Shown here: in pieces, positions 41,144-49,798 of the stretch
How the letters are laid out: every line of letters begins with the position of its first letter
Numbering within the stretch: the stretch's first letter is position 1
Source: an uncultured Methanobrevibacter sp.
Lineage (GTDB): Archaea > Methanobacteriota > Methanobacteria > Methanobacteriales > Methanobacteriaceae
Direction: 5' to 3'
NCBI GenBank assembly: GCA_946404245.1
Contig: CAMJCX010000001.1
Span: 23,836 to 87,835 of the forward strand
Length of the DNA stretch: 64,000 nt
Made by a program: the position numbers and the translations under genes
The notes under the pieces: model-generated
Told to the model about the DNA's origin: nothing
The model's database searches: none
The model's input: only the letters and a program-made list of their open reading frames with translations

Positions 41144-41553
41144 GTGATGGTTAGGTGGAGTTTCACCTAGATAAATATTGTCTATTTCACAAAATATTTC
41201 ACAAAATAAAATTCCAGTTCATTAGAAATCGTTTTCATTAACTTCTCGCCTTGAAAACTGTAACCTATTTTTGATTCATATTCAATATTATCTGAAATGC
41301 TATTATCTTATAATAAGCTAATTATTTGCTTGTTATAAGAGACTGCTAAAAATATAATGCAGTCTAAAAGCATTTCAACCATCATCCACCTCCTTAAGAG
41401 GAATATTGAATCGGAATTTATTTGGAATTCAAATTTAGTTTTCCAATTTTTAATAATTGTTAGGGTTTAATTTAAGCCCTACTTTTATTAAAATAGCTAT
41501 TTTTTAGAAAAATTTATTTTTATCAAATAATAAGTTAAAAAAAGAAAAAAAAT

Positions 41554-42762
41554 TTAAAAATCAATAGTTTGATCTTTTTGTACAGGATGTCCGTTCCATG
41601 CCTGCATGCTTGTCCATTCAGCGAAAGGTTCTGTCCAGAACACGTCTGAAGCCGGTAGACCTAATGCTAAAAATATTGCGCAACAGAAATAGAGACTGCC
41701 TGTGTTGATATCACTTTCTGAAATGTCCAATTGTGAACCGTTAAGTCCTACAAGTAACCATCCGGCACTTGAAAAGTTGTGATTGTCTCCAAATTGCTTT
41801 TTCAAGACGGCTGTCAGAGCGGACCTGACCTGAGAGGGCTGAATATTTCTAGGTAAGATTTTTAATAATGCTGCCTGTGATAGGGAATGGAAAATTCCGC
41901 AACGATAAGCAAGACAAGTACCCAAAAGAGGATAGGTCGCATCAGGTGAGATGGTTCTTTCCAGCTGTGATGCTAATCTTGAAGATCTCATCAGCTGAAC
42001 ATCCAGAAATTCGCCTTCGCTGATTCCATATTTTCTCATCACTTTTAGAATATCATTTAACATCGGATGAATTACAATGCTGTTGAAATAGCCTGAAGTG
42101 TAATCTTCTCCGTCGGAGTAGATTCCGTCACCCATGTAAAATTCATCTCTGAATCTGCGAACACCATAGCTTAAACGCTCTTTATCGCATTCTCCTGTAA
42201 ATTCCAAAAGAGCAGCTTCAATCATTGAAGTAAATAATAACCAGTGATTTTCATAAGGTGCGATAACTCTTGTATTTTTAAGTTCACGGATAATTCTTGC
42301 CTGATCATCCATTTGTAAATTAAGCCAAATTTGATTTTTAGCCCTTAGCAATCCTTGAGCAAATAAAGCAACATCAACTAAAGATTGTTTTGGTTCAACT
42401 ACAAAAATGTAATCGTTATTGTTGGGATTCACTGCATTTGAGATGGCTTTTTTTGTCATTCTAATGTATTTTTCACGTACAATGCCTTCCTCTGAGTTGT
42501 CTGCTCCCAATTCTAACCATGGTGCAATTCCATTAAACACACGTGCAAAGGCCTCAAGGTATGAGAATTTCTGTCCTTCGAGTGAAGTTGACTCGTAAGG
42601 CATGTTTTTCCTTAAATTTCCCTTTGCAAGGTTATTTAATACTGGAAAAGCAATTTTTTGCATTGTTGAAACCCAGAAAATCCTATCGTCCCAAACCGGA
42701 CCTTTTTCTTCAATAGTAATAGGTTCTTCTTTTTTTCTAAGTTTATTCAAAAATGAGCTCAT
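41554..42762 (-). CDS. DUF2264 domain protein
   Basis: LEAFAR...GIAPWLEL, Q.LVD.A, NHWLLF, Y.GDG.YSDG, YR.G.F; start may be 42762 or 42783. Confidence 0.78.
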   Translation of the reverse strand: MSSFLNKLRKKEEPITIEEKGPVWDDRIFWVSTMQKIAFPVLNNLAKGNLRKNMPYESTSLEGQKFSYLEAFARVFNGIAPWLELGADNSEEGIVREKYIRMTKKAISNAVNPNNNDYIFVVEPKQSLVDVALFAQGLLRAKNQIWLNLQMDDQARIIRELKNTRVIAPYENHWLLFTSMIEAALLEFTGECDKERLSYGVRRFRDEFYMGDGIYSDGEDYTSGYFNSIVIHPMLNDILKVMRKYGISEGEFLDVQLMRSSRLASQLERTISPDATYPLLGTCLAYRCGIFHSLSQAALLKILPRNIQPSQVRSALTAVLKKQFGDNHNFSSAGWLLVGLNGSQLDISESDINTGSLYFCCAIFLALGLPASDVFWTEPFAEWTSMQAWNGHPVQKDQTIDF

Positions 42763-42888
42763 GATATTATTTTTGGAATACATTATATATATAGTTAAAA
42801 TATTTAAAAAATTCATTTTTTTCAAAAATAAAACAACTTATATATTTTATAAAATACATATATTTATCATTATTAAGAGGTTGAAAAT

Positions 42889-44133
42889 ATGCCAACAATG
42901 TCAGAAAAAATATTAGCTAGAGCATCCGGTAAGAGTGAAGTTGAAGCTGGAGATATAGTAATAGCAAATATTGATGTAGCAATGACACACGACCTGACCG
43001 GACCTCTTTCAGTTGAATCTTTTGAAAAAATAGGCGCTGAAAAAGTCTGGGACCCGTCAAAGATTGTCATTCCTTTTGACCATCAAGTTCCAGCAGACTC
43101 AATTGACTCAGCTAATAATCACATGATAATGAGAGAGTTCGTTAAAAAGCAGAATATTGAACATTTTTATGATGTCAATGCGGGAGTCTGCCATCAGATA
43201 CTTCCGGAATTGGGTCACGTTGTGCCTGGAGAAGTTATAGTGGGTGCTGATTCACATACCTGTACTCATGGTGCTTTGGGAGCATTTGCAACAGGCATCG
43301 GGTCAACTGACATGGCAATGGTTTTTTCTGAAGGAAATTTATGGCTTAAGGTGCCTGAAACCAACAGGTTTGAAATAACAGGCAAACTGAAGGAAAACGT
43401 TTACGCCAAGGATGTCATCCTACATATTATAGGCCAGGTAAGTGCAGACGGCTCAACATACAAGGCCTGTGAGTTTGCAGGCGAAACCGTAAGCGACATG
43501 AGCGTATCCGACAGGATGGTTTTATGCAATATGGCTATTGAAATGGGTGGTAAAACCGGTTTGGTGGAACCTGACCAAAAGACCATAGATTACGTTGAAA
43601 AACGCTCAGATAAGGCATATAAGGTTTATAAGACTGATTTGGATTCACCATCTCTTAATATAATTGATATTGACGTAAGTGATTTGGAACCTCAAGTCGC
43701 TTGTCCTCACCATGTTGATAATGTACGGCCGGTAAGCGAGGTCGACCAGGAACTGGATCAGGTATTTTTAGGTTCCTGTACCAACGGAAGGTTAAGCGAT
43801 TTAAGACAGGCTGCAAAAATATTGAAAGGCAAGAAGGTAGCTAAAGGAACAAGAATGCTCGTCATTCCGGCTTCAAAAGAAGTTTACTCAAGGGCACTTG
43901 ACGAAGGGCTTCTGAAAATATTCGTTGATGCCGGCGCACTTGTGTCAGCTCCTTGCTGTGGCCCATGTCTTGGAGGACACACTGGAATTATAGGTCCCGG
44001 AGAGGTAAGCCTGTCCACTTCAAACAGAAACTTTAAGGGTAGACAGGGCTCACCTGATGGAAAAGTGTTTTTATCCTCAGCGGCTGTTGCTGCGGCTTCA
44101 GCTATTGAAGGAAGAATTGTAGCACCGGAGTGA
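42889..44133 (+). CDS. leuC: Isopropylmalate/citramalate isomerase large subunit (aconitase family)
   Basis: [34 protein letters not shown]; operon with leuD/leuB. Confidence 0.8.
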   Translation: MPTMSEKILARASGKSEVEAGDIVIANIDVAMTHDLTGPLSVESFEKIGAEKVWDPSKIVIPFDHQVPADSIDSANNHMIMREFVKKQNIEHFYDVNAGVCHQILPELGHVVPGEVIVGADSHTCTHGALGAFATGIGSTDMAMVFSEGNLWLKVPETNRFEITGKLKENVYAKDVILHIIGQVSADGSTYKACEFAGETVSDMSVSDRMVLCNMAIEMGGKTGLVEPDQKTIDYVEKRSDKAYKVYKTDLDSPSLNIIDIDVSDLEPQVACPHHVDNVRPVSEVDQELDQVFLGSCTNGRLSDLRQAAKILKGKKVAKGTRMLVIPASKEVYSRALDEGLLKIFVDAGALVSAPCCGPCLGGHTGIIGPGEVSLSTSNRNFKGRQGSPDGKVFLSSAAVAAASAIEGRIVAPE

Positions 44134-44137
44134 TATT

Positions 44138-44617
44138 GTGAAAGGAACCGCATGGAAATTTGGAGACGATATTGACACTGACATTATTGTTCCTGGAAGA
44201 TATTTGATTTACACAGATGAAGAAAGATTAGCTCAGCATTGTATGGAAGGATTGGATGCTGATTTCGATAAAAAATGCAAAAAGGGTGATTTCATCGTGG
44301 CCGGAAGGAATTTCGGTTGCGGCTCATCACGTGAACATGCGCCGATTGCACTTAAGGGCGTAGGGGTTTCAGCCGTGATTGCGGAGTCTTTTGCAAGAAT
44401 CTTTTACAGAAATGCTACAAACGTAGGTGTTCCGCTGCTTGAAGCTCCGGGAATTACTGAATTAGTTGAAAACGAAGAAGAAATTGAAGTCGACATGGAT
44501 AAAGGATTGATCACCAATCAAAGTGGCGAAACAATAGAGTTTAAAAAATTGCCTCCATTCATGTTGGAAATATTAGAACAAGGTGGTTTAATTGAGTACC
44601 TCAAAAACAAAAGATAA
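44138..44617 (+). CDS. leuD: Isopropylmalate isomerase small subunit
   Basis: [24 protein letters not shown]; hydrophobic YLIY loop indicates IPMI rather than the homoaconitase YLRT type. Confidence 0.82.
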   Translation: MKGTAWKFGDDIDTDIIVPGRYLIYTDEERLAQHCMEGLDADFDKKCKKGDFIVAGRNFGCGSSREHAPIALKGVGVSAVIAESFARIFYRNATNVGVPLLEAPGITELVENEEEIEVDMDKGLITNQSGETIEFKKLPPFMLEILEQGGLIEYLKNKR

Positions 44618-45599
44618 GTATCAGATAGCTGTTGTTCCGGGAGACGGAATAGGTAAGGAAGTAATGGAAGCTACACTTTTTGTTCTTGATAGTTTAGATA
44701 TTGATTTTGATTACGTTTACGGCCAGGCAGGCGATGAATGTCTTGAAAAAACTGGAACTGCTCTTCCTAGTGAAACCCTGGATATCATACGCAATGCCGA
44801 TGCCTGTTTATTTGGTGCAGCAGGAGAGACTGCAGCTGACGTTATTGTTAAGATACGCCAGGAAATGAAGATGTTTGCCAACTTAAGGCCTGTGAAAACA
44901 TATCCCAACACCGATTCACTGTTTGATGACATTGATTTCATGATTGTCCGTGAAAATACGGAGGGAATGTATATTGCAGATGAGGAGTCCTACACCGATG
45001 AAGGTGCAGTGGCAAAACGTATCATAACAAGGGAAGCTGAAAGACGCATTATTGACTTTGCATTCAATTATGCAGTGGAAAACAATAAAAGCAAAGTGAC
45101 TGCTGTTCACAAAGCCAATGTATTGAAGAAAACTGACGGCCTGTTTAAGGAAATTTTCTATGAGGTTGCTCGTGATTATCCGGATATTGCAACTGAGGAC
45201 TTTTATGTAGATGCAACAGCAATGTATCTCATTACACAGCCTGAAAGCTTTGAAGTTATTGTAACAACAAACCTCTTTGGAGACATACTGTCCGATGAGG
45301 GCGCAGGGCTTGTTGGAGGTTTAGGTCTTATTCCTTCTGCAAACATAGGTGAAGACGGAGCATTGTTCGAACCTGTTCACGGTTCAGCGCCGGACATTGC
45401 AGGTCAGGGTATAGCCAATCCTATAGCCATGATGCTTTCCGCAGTGATGATGCTTAGATACATTGGTGAAAATGAAGCCGCTGACAAGTTTGATGCGGCA
45501 ATATTGAAAGTATTGAATGACGGTAATATTTTAACTGGTGATTTGGGAGGTTCTGCAACTACAATGGAACTTGCCGAAGCGGTTAAAGATAATTTATGA
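44592..45599 (+). CDS. leuB: 3-isopropylmalate dehydrogenase
   Basis: [45 protein letters not shown]. Confidence 0.82.
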   Translation: MSTSKTKDKYQIAVVPGDGIGKEVMEATLFVLDSLDIDFDYVYGQAGDECLEKTGTALPSETLDIIRNADACLFGAAGETAADVIVKIRQEMKMFANLRPVKTYPNTDSLFDDIDFMIVRENTEGMYIADEESYTDEGAVAKRIITREAERRIIDFAFNYAVENNKSKVTAVHKANVLKKTDGLFKEIFYEVARDYPDIATEDFYVDATAMYLITQPESFEVIVTTNLFGDILSDEGAGLVGGLGLIPSANIGEDGALFEPVHGSAPDIAGQGIANPIAMMLSAVMMLRYIGENEAADKFDAAILKVLNDGNILTGDLGGSATTMELAEAVKDNL

Positions 45600-45621
45600 A
45601 AAATAGATGGAGAATAAAAAT

Positions 45622-45735
45622 ATGAATTTTAAAAAATTAACCAAGATGCAAATGGCCGCACTTTTTATCATATTCATTATGGTAGTTAGTGGGGTTGCTG
45701 GATTCCTTCTCATTATATTCAGCGGTGGAGTTTAA
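45622..45735 (+). CDS. Small single-TM membrane peptide (37 aa), not in the ORF track
   Basis: MNFKKLTKMQMAALFIIFIMVVSGVAGFLLIIFSGGV*; SD GGAG at 45609; fills the leuB-ribH gap. Confidence 0.68.
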   Translation: MNFKKLTKMQMAALFIIFIMVVSGVAGFLLIIFSGGV

Positions 45736-45756
45736 TTAAAAAACGAGGTAGATAAA

Positions 45757-46173
45757 ATGGTAAAATATGAAATTGCAGCTGTTGTTGCAGAATTTAATTA
45801 TGATATAACTCAAATGATGTTAGAATTAGCTAAAGCGGAAGCTAAAAATAGAGATTGTGAAATTACAAAAGTAGTGGCTGTGCCTGGTGTATTCGACATG
45901 CCTTTAGTAATCAAAAAATTATTGCAAAAAGGCGAATACGATGCAATCATCACATTAGGTGCTGTTATTGAAGGTGCAACAGACCACGACCAAATCGTAG
46001 CACAACACGCTTCCCGTAAAATCGCTGATTTGGCATTGGAATATGACACCCCTGTAGCACTTGGTATTACCGGTCCTGGAATGACCAGATTAGATGCTCA
46101 CAGACGTGTTAAAAACGCAAAAAGTGCTGTTGAAGCAGCAATTAAAATGTGCGACAGATTAAAAGAAATCTAG
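45757..46173 (+). CDS. ribH: 6,7-dimethyl-8-ribityllumazine synthase
   Basis: VVAEFN, VPGVFDMP, LGAVIEGATDHD, PVALGI.GPG. Confidence 0.93.
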   Translation: MVKYEIAAVVAEFNYDITQMMLELAKAEAKNRDCEITKVVAVPGVFDMPLVIKKLLQKGEYDAIITLGAVIEGATDHDQIVAQHASRKIADLALEYDTPVALGITGPGMTRLDAHRRVKNAKSAVEAAIKMCDRLKEI

Positions 46174-46180
46174 TGATTAG

Positions 46181-47119
46181 ATGGAAATTTTAAAACCTAA
46201 CGAATTAAGAGAAAAATTCCAAGACCCTTGGATAGCACCATACGAAAAAGTGCTGACAATGGTTGATGGGGATAAAGTGGAAATTGTAGAGTACCATCCA
46301 TGCATTTCCGGATCTCACTGGTTGTTAAACCAATACAGAAACAATTCAGAACTGATTGATTCAGCTTACCGTGATGGAAACAAGCATGTTTACTCCTGTC
46401 ATGTCGGTTCAGCACCTCTTGACCTGAAGGCAAGTTTCAATGCTGCAGGAATAGATGAAATTGTCATTGACGGCGATGAGGTAAAGGTAACCCATGCAGG
46501 ACTTGCCGGTGCAGGCGTAGGTGCCGGAATGTGCAGAGGAATGGGTGAAGGAGTAAAATATGTGGAACTTATTGAAGTTGGCGGAGGCTCAAAAGCCGGT
46601 AAAGCTACTGTAGTAACTCCAAAACTTGAAAAAGTGGTCATTGGTGTTGATGATACTGATACCAAGGATGCAGGTGCTACATGGACCATGGCTCATAACT
46701 TGGGTGTGGAGCTTGCAGGTGAAGGTTTTGAATATCTGGACCATATCATTGTACAGCTATATCCGCATAATCCTCATAAAACTCAAAACTGTGTTTCTAT
46801 TGCTTTGACATTTGCAGTTGAAGAATCCAGAAAAGAAGACTTGATTAATAGGGTTATTGAAATCCTCAAAAGAGATACATTATCTGATAAAACAGCTATA
46901 GCTATTTTGGAAGGTCTTGACATTCCTGAAAAATTGAGGGAATATTCAATTGCCACCAAATCAGGAATGATGGATGTTGAAACTGCAGAAAGTGTTGCAG
47001 AAGAATTGAACATACCTTTAATAGCCGTTACAGGCGAACAGGGTAAGGTTGGTGCTTTAGCCGCACTCGGTCTTTACAATGATGTTGAAGAAGCAGTAAA
47101 GGCATATGACAAAAAATAA
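46181..47119 (+). CDS. mmp11: Methanogenesis marker protein 11
   Basis: GLAGAGVGA..CRG, GVDDTD...GATW, VQLYP.NP.KT.NCVS. Confidence 0.82.
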   Translation: MEILKPNELREKFQDPWIAPYEKVLTMVDGDKVEIVEYHPCISGSHWLLNQYRNNSELIDSAYRDGNKHVYSCHVGSAPLDLKASFNAAGIDEIVIDGDEVKVTHAGLAGAGVGAGMCRGMGEGVKYVELIEVGGGSKAGKATVVTPKLEKVVIGVDDTDTKDAGATWTMAHNLGVELAGEGFEYLDHIIVQLYPHNPHKTQNCVSIALTFAVEESRKEDLINRVIEILKRDTLSDKTAIAILEGLDIPEKLREYSIATKSGMMDVETAESVAEELNIPLIAVTGEQGKVGALAALGLYNDVEEAVKAYDKK

Positions 47120-47157
47120 TCTAAGATCAATTCTTAGATTTTTAACTATTTTTTTTT
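47118..47157 (+). terminator. Hairpin plus T-tract terminator
   Basis: AATCTAAGA-TCAAT-TCTTAGATT followed by T runs. Confidence 0.6.
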
Positions 47158-47401
47158 AAAATTAACATATTAATATTTCAGTATATTATTTATTTTTTCA
47201 AATAGAAGTTTTATTTTTATTATTTTTTATTATAACTTTTTAATTTTGCTTTTTTTCTTTTTTTAAGATGCAAGTGAGCACTTACATTCGAAAAACTTTA
47301 TATATGGTCTTGATTATATAATTACTTGTGTGAAGCAAGTTATTTTTCCTCCAAAACAAACTAACTTGCCCCTACTGAAATCAAACTCACGGGTGATTAT
47401 A

Positions 47402-47881
47402 ATGAATCTTTCAAAAAAACTATTAACATTACTTGCAATATTTTGTGTAATTGCATCTGCAGGTGTTGTATGTGCAGCAGATGCAAATTCTGATGTAGAC
47501 GGAACTTACCTTAGCGCTGTAGACGACATGGATGGAGTCGGCGACAACCCTGACTTCGAAGGTGTTGACTACTCTACCGATGACGGCGGATGGGCTGGAA
47601 GCCAGTACAATGGAAATGTTGAAAACGGACACTCAGGTGCACCGGAAATTGATCCTGACTATGCACACAACGAAGCAGCAGGAGAACCAATCAACGCAAC
47701 CGGCAACTCAACTGACAACGCAACCACAAACACAACCGGAAACGCAACCGCACAAGTTGCACAAAACCAAACAGCTAACGCAACTTCTGCTCATACCATG
47801 TTAGCAACCGGTAACCCAATCCTACTCTTACTTGGAGTAACAGCAGTATTAGGTGCTGGCGCAGTATTAAGAAAAAGATAA
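47402..47881 (+). CDS. Small secreted acidic surface protein with C-terminal sorting-signal-like tail
   Basis: Signal peptide; Asn/Thr-rich linker with many N-x-T sequons; ends ATGNP-hydrophobic-RKR. Confidence 0.78.
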   Translation: MNLSKKLLTLLAIFCVIASAGVVCAADANSDVDGTYLSAVDDMDGVGDNPDFEGVDYSTDDGGWAGSQYNGNVENGHSGAPEIDPDYAHNEAAGEPINATGNSTDNATTNTTGNATAQVAQNQTANATSAHTMLATGNPILLLLGVTAVLGAGAVLRKR

Positions 47882-47898
47882 ACTTATTGACCTAATTT

Positions 47899-47926
47899 AA
47901 AAGCAGAAAAAACCCATTCTGCTTTT
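47899..47926. terminator. Bidirectional terminator hairpin between convergent genes
   Basis: AAAAGCAGAA-N8-TTCTGCTTTT. Confidence 0.62.
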
Positions 47927-47969
47927 ATCCTCCCTTTATTAACTTTTTTTATTCAAAAATTAAGAATAT

Positions 47970-49694
47970 CTAATCTAGATATATGTTCATAAACGTATTT
48001 TGATTTTGTCTTAGGAACTGTTTTATTGATGTGCTGTTTGTTTTTTCAAAAGTAATTTTGATATCATGGCCACCATAGCTGAACTCGCTGACATTTCTGT
48101 CAAATGTCTGATTCACATATGTGATTGTATCCATCAGTTCTCCATTAACATTAATCTCATAGGAGGCATTGTCTTTAAAAATTCCGTGGGAGGTAACTAC
48201 GGAAGCGTTATCAATCACCACCTCATAAATTCCTGAAACCTTATCTCTTGATGTAATGATGTAGTCTTCAGAAACTGTAGCGTTTTCAGCATAGTAATTG
48301 TGGATTACTCCTGAACCTTCAAATATTTCTTTTAAACGACTATTTTGAATAACAGAACCTGTTTCCACATCCAATGCCTTTTTAGCATCAATCGGAAGTC
48401 TTAACACGTCAGGCTCTCCTGCTCTTGTTTCATTAATGATGTATTCCTCTCCATCAATGACTATTGTATCATTTATGCTGACTCCCAGCGTTATCATTGC
48501 ATCTGAAGGCATACGGATTTGTGATGATTCGTTTTCTATTGCTGAATCGATTGTGTATGGACCTCTGGCAGAAATTGTACTTGTTGACTGTGAGTTGTCT
48601 GCATAAATAATCAGGTTTCTTGAGTTAGGCTCCACTGATAAGACACCATTGTCAAAGTGCGCAGCGCCAATGAATGTGGATATCATCAAAAGGAGAATGA
48701 TTATTGATATGATCATCGGGAAATGAATCTTGATAAATGATCTGACAAGGTTTCTGCCGGGTGTCTTTCTAAACATTACAATAGACTGCACAACAACTTT
48801 GATAATGTAGTATAATGCAATGATTATACCGATTATTGTTAAAATAACAGCTATCTCAAGAGGAACAAATCTTACGAAAAATATTGTAAACAATCCTAAA
48901 ATAACGAGAGATAAACCAACTATCGCCATTCTGATGTAATAACCGATATCATCAATCATTGTGACTCTACCGTATTTGTTCGCACGGTTGATTATTGTTC
49001 TTACAACTTCATTGGCCATTAAATTCAAGTCAGAAAGAGGGGACATGTCATGCTGGATTGCACCAATGTCCACTTCCAAAATTGATATTCCCAAAACATC
49101 GGCATCAATAACAATACCTACATCGACACCGTAGTCTGTTTCAAAATTAATACGTTTCAATACTTCTTTACGAGCCGCAAATTGCCCACTCAAAGGCTGT
49201 TCAAAATTAATCTCTGGGAAAAAGAAATTCAGGAGTGGCTTTGCAGTAAGTTCAGTTACACGTCCGCTTTCACGGGCAAATTTGGTCTTTGTAATTTCGG
49301 CCTTGCCTTCAAGGATAGGCATGATCATGGCTTCAACCTTTTTGGAAGTTAAATTGTAAATGTCAGCATCAATAAAAGCTATAATGTCACATTCGGCTTC
49401 CTTATAACCTGTATGCAATGCCTGACCTTTTCCTTTATTGATTTCATGAGTAATTACAATGGCACCGGCTTTTTCGGCCTCTTGGGCAGTATTATCACTT
49501 GATCCATCATTTACAACGATGATTTCATCTACAAACGATACCTTTTTAACTACTTCAACTACCTTGGCAACGGTTTCCTCCTCGTTGTATGCCGGAATAA
49601 TCACTGAAACCTTTTGATATTTTTTAGGCTTTTGGGTTTTAATCCCGGCCAGTAGAAAAGTAAGTATTACAAAAAACCAATACACCAAATTCAC
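47970..49694 (-). CDS. GT2-family glycosyltransferase (GpgS-like N-terminal domain) with TM segments and a C-terminal extracellular domain
   Basis: VIIPAYNE, NDGS.D, FIDAD, GRVTELTAKP, QPLSGQFA, YGVDVG. Confidence 0.8.
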   Translation of the reverse strand: MNLVYWFFVILTFLLAGIKTQKPKKYQKVSVIIPAYNEEETVAKVVEVVKKVSFVDEIIVVNDGSSDNTAQEAEKAGAIVITHEINKGKGQALHTGYKEAECDIIAFIDADIYNLTSKKVEAMIMPILEGKAEITKTKFARESGRVTELTAKPLLNFFFPEINFEQPLSGQFAARKEVLKRINFETDYGVDVGIVIDADVLGISILEVDIGAIQHDMSPLSDLNLMANEVVRTIINRANKYGRVTMIDDIGYYIRMAIVGLSLVILGLFTIFFVRFVPLEIAVILTIIGIIIALYYIIKVVVQSIVMFRKTPGRNLVRSFIKIHFPMIISIIILLLMISTFIGAAHFDNGVLSVEPNSRNLIIYADNSQSTSTISARGPYTIDSAIENESSQIRMPSDAMITLGVSINDTIVIDGEEYIINETRAGEPDVLRLPIDAKKALDVETGSVIQNSRLKEIFEGSGVIHNYYAENATVSEDYIITSRDKVSGIYEVVIDNASVVTSHGIFKDNASYEINVNGELMDTITYVNQTFDRNVSEFSYGGHDIKITFEKTNSTSIKQFLRQNQNTFMNIYLD

Positions 49695-49798
49695 CGTAAT
49701 TTATTTAATTATTAATAAATTTGTTATTTAATTAGTATAAAGCTTTTTGTAAAATTAACAAAAAATTTTAAATTTTAATTAAATCTAATAGTAATCTA

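Noticed and set aside
42889-44617. Homoaconitase (aksD/aksE) assignment
   Set aside because: The small-subunit loop is YLIY rather than YLRT-like and the genes are linked to a leuB-type dehydrogenase; leuCD preferred, though not proven
47330-47401. GTG-started 24-aa N-terminal extension of the surface protein
   Set aside because: SD GGTGA precedes ATG 47402, which begins a normal signal peptide; the upstream part is better explained as 5' UTR
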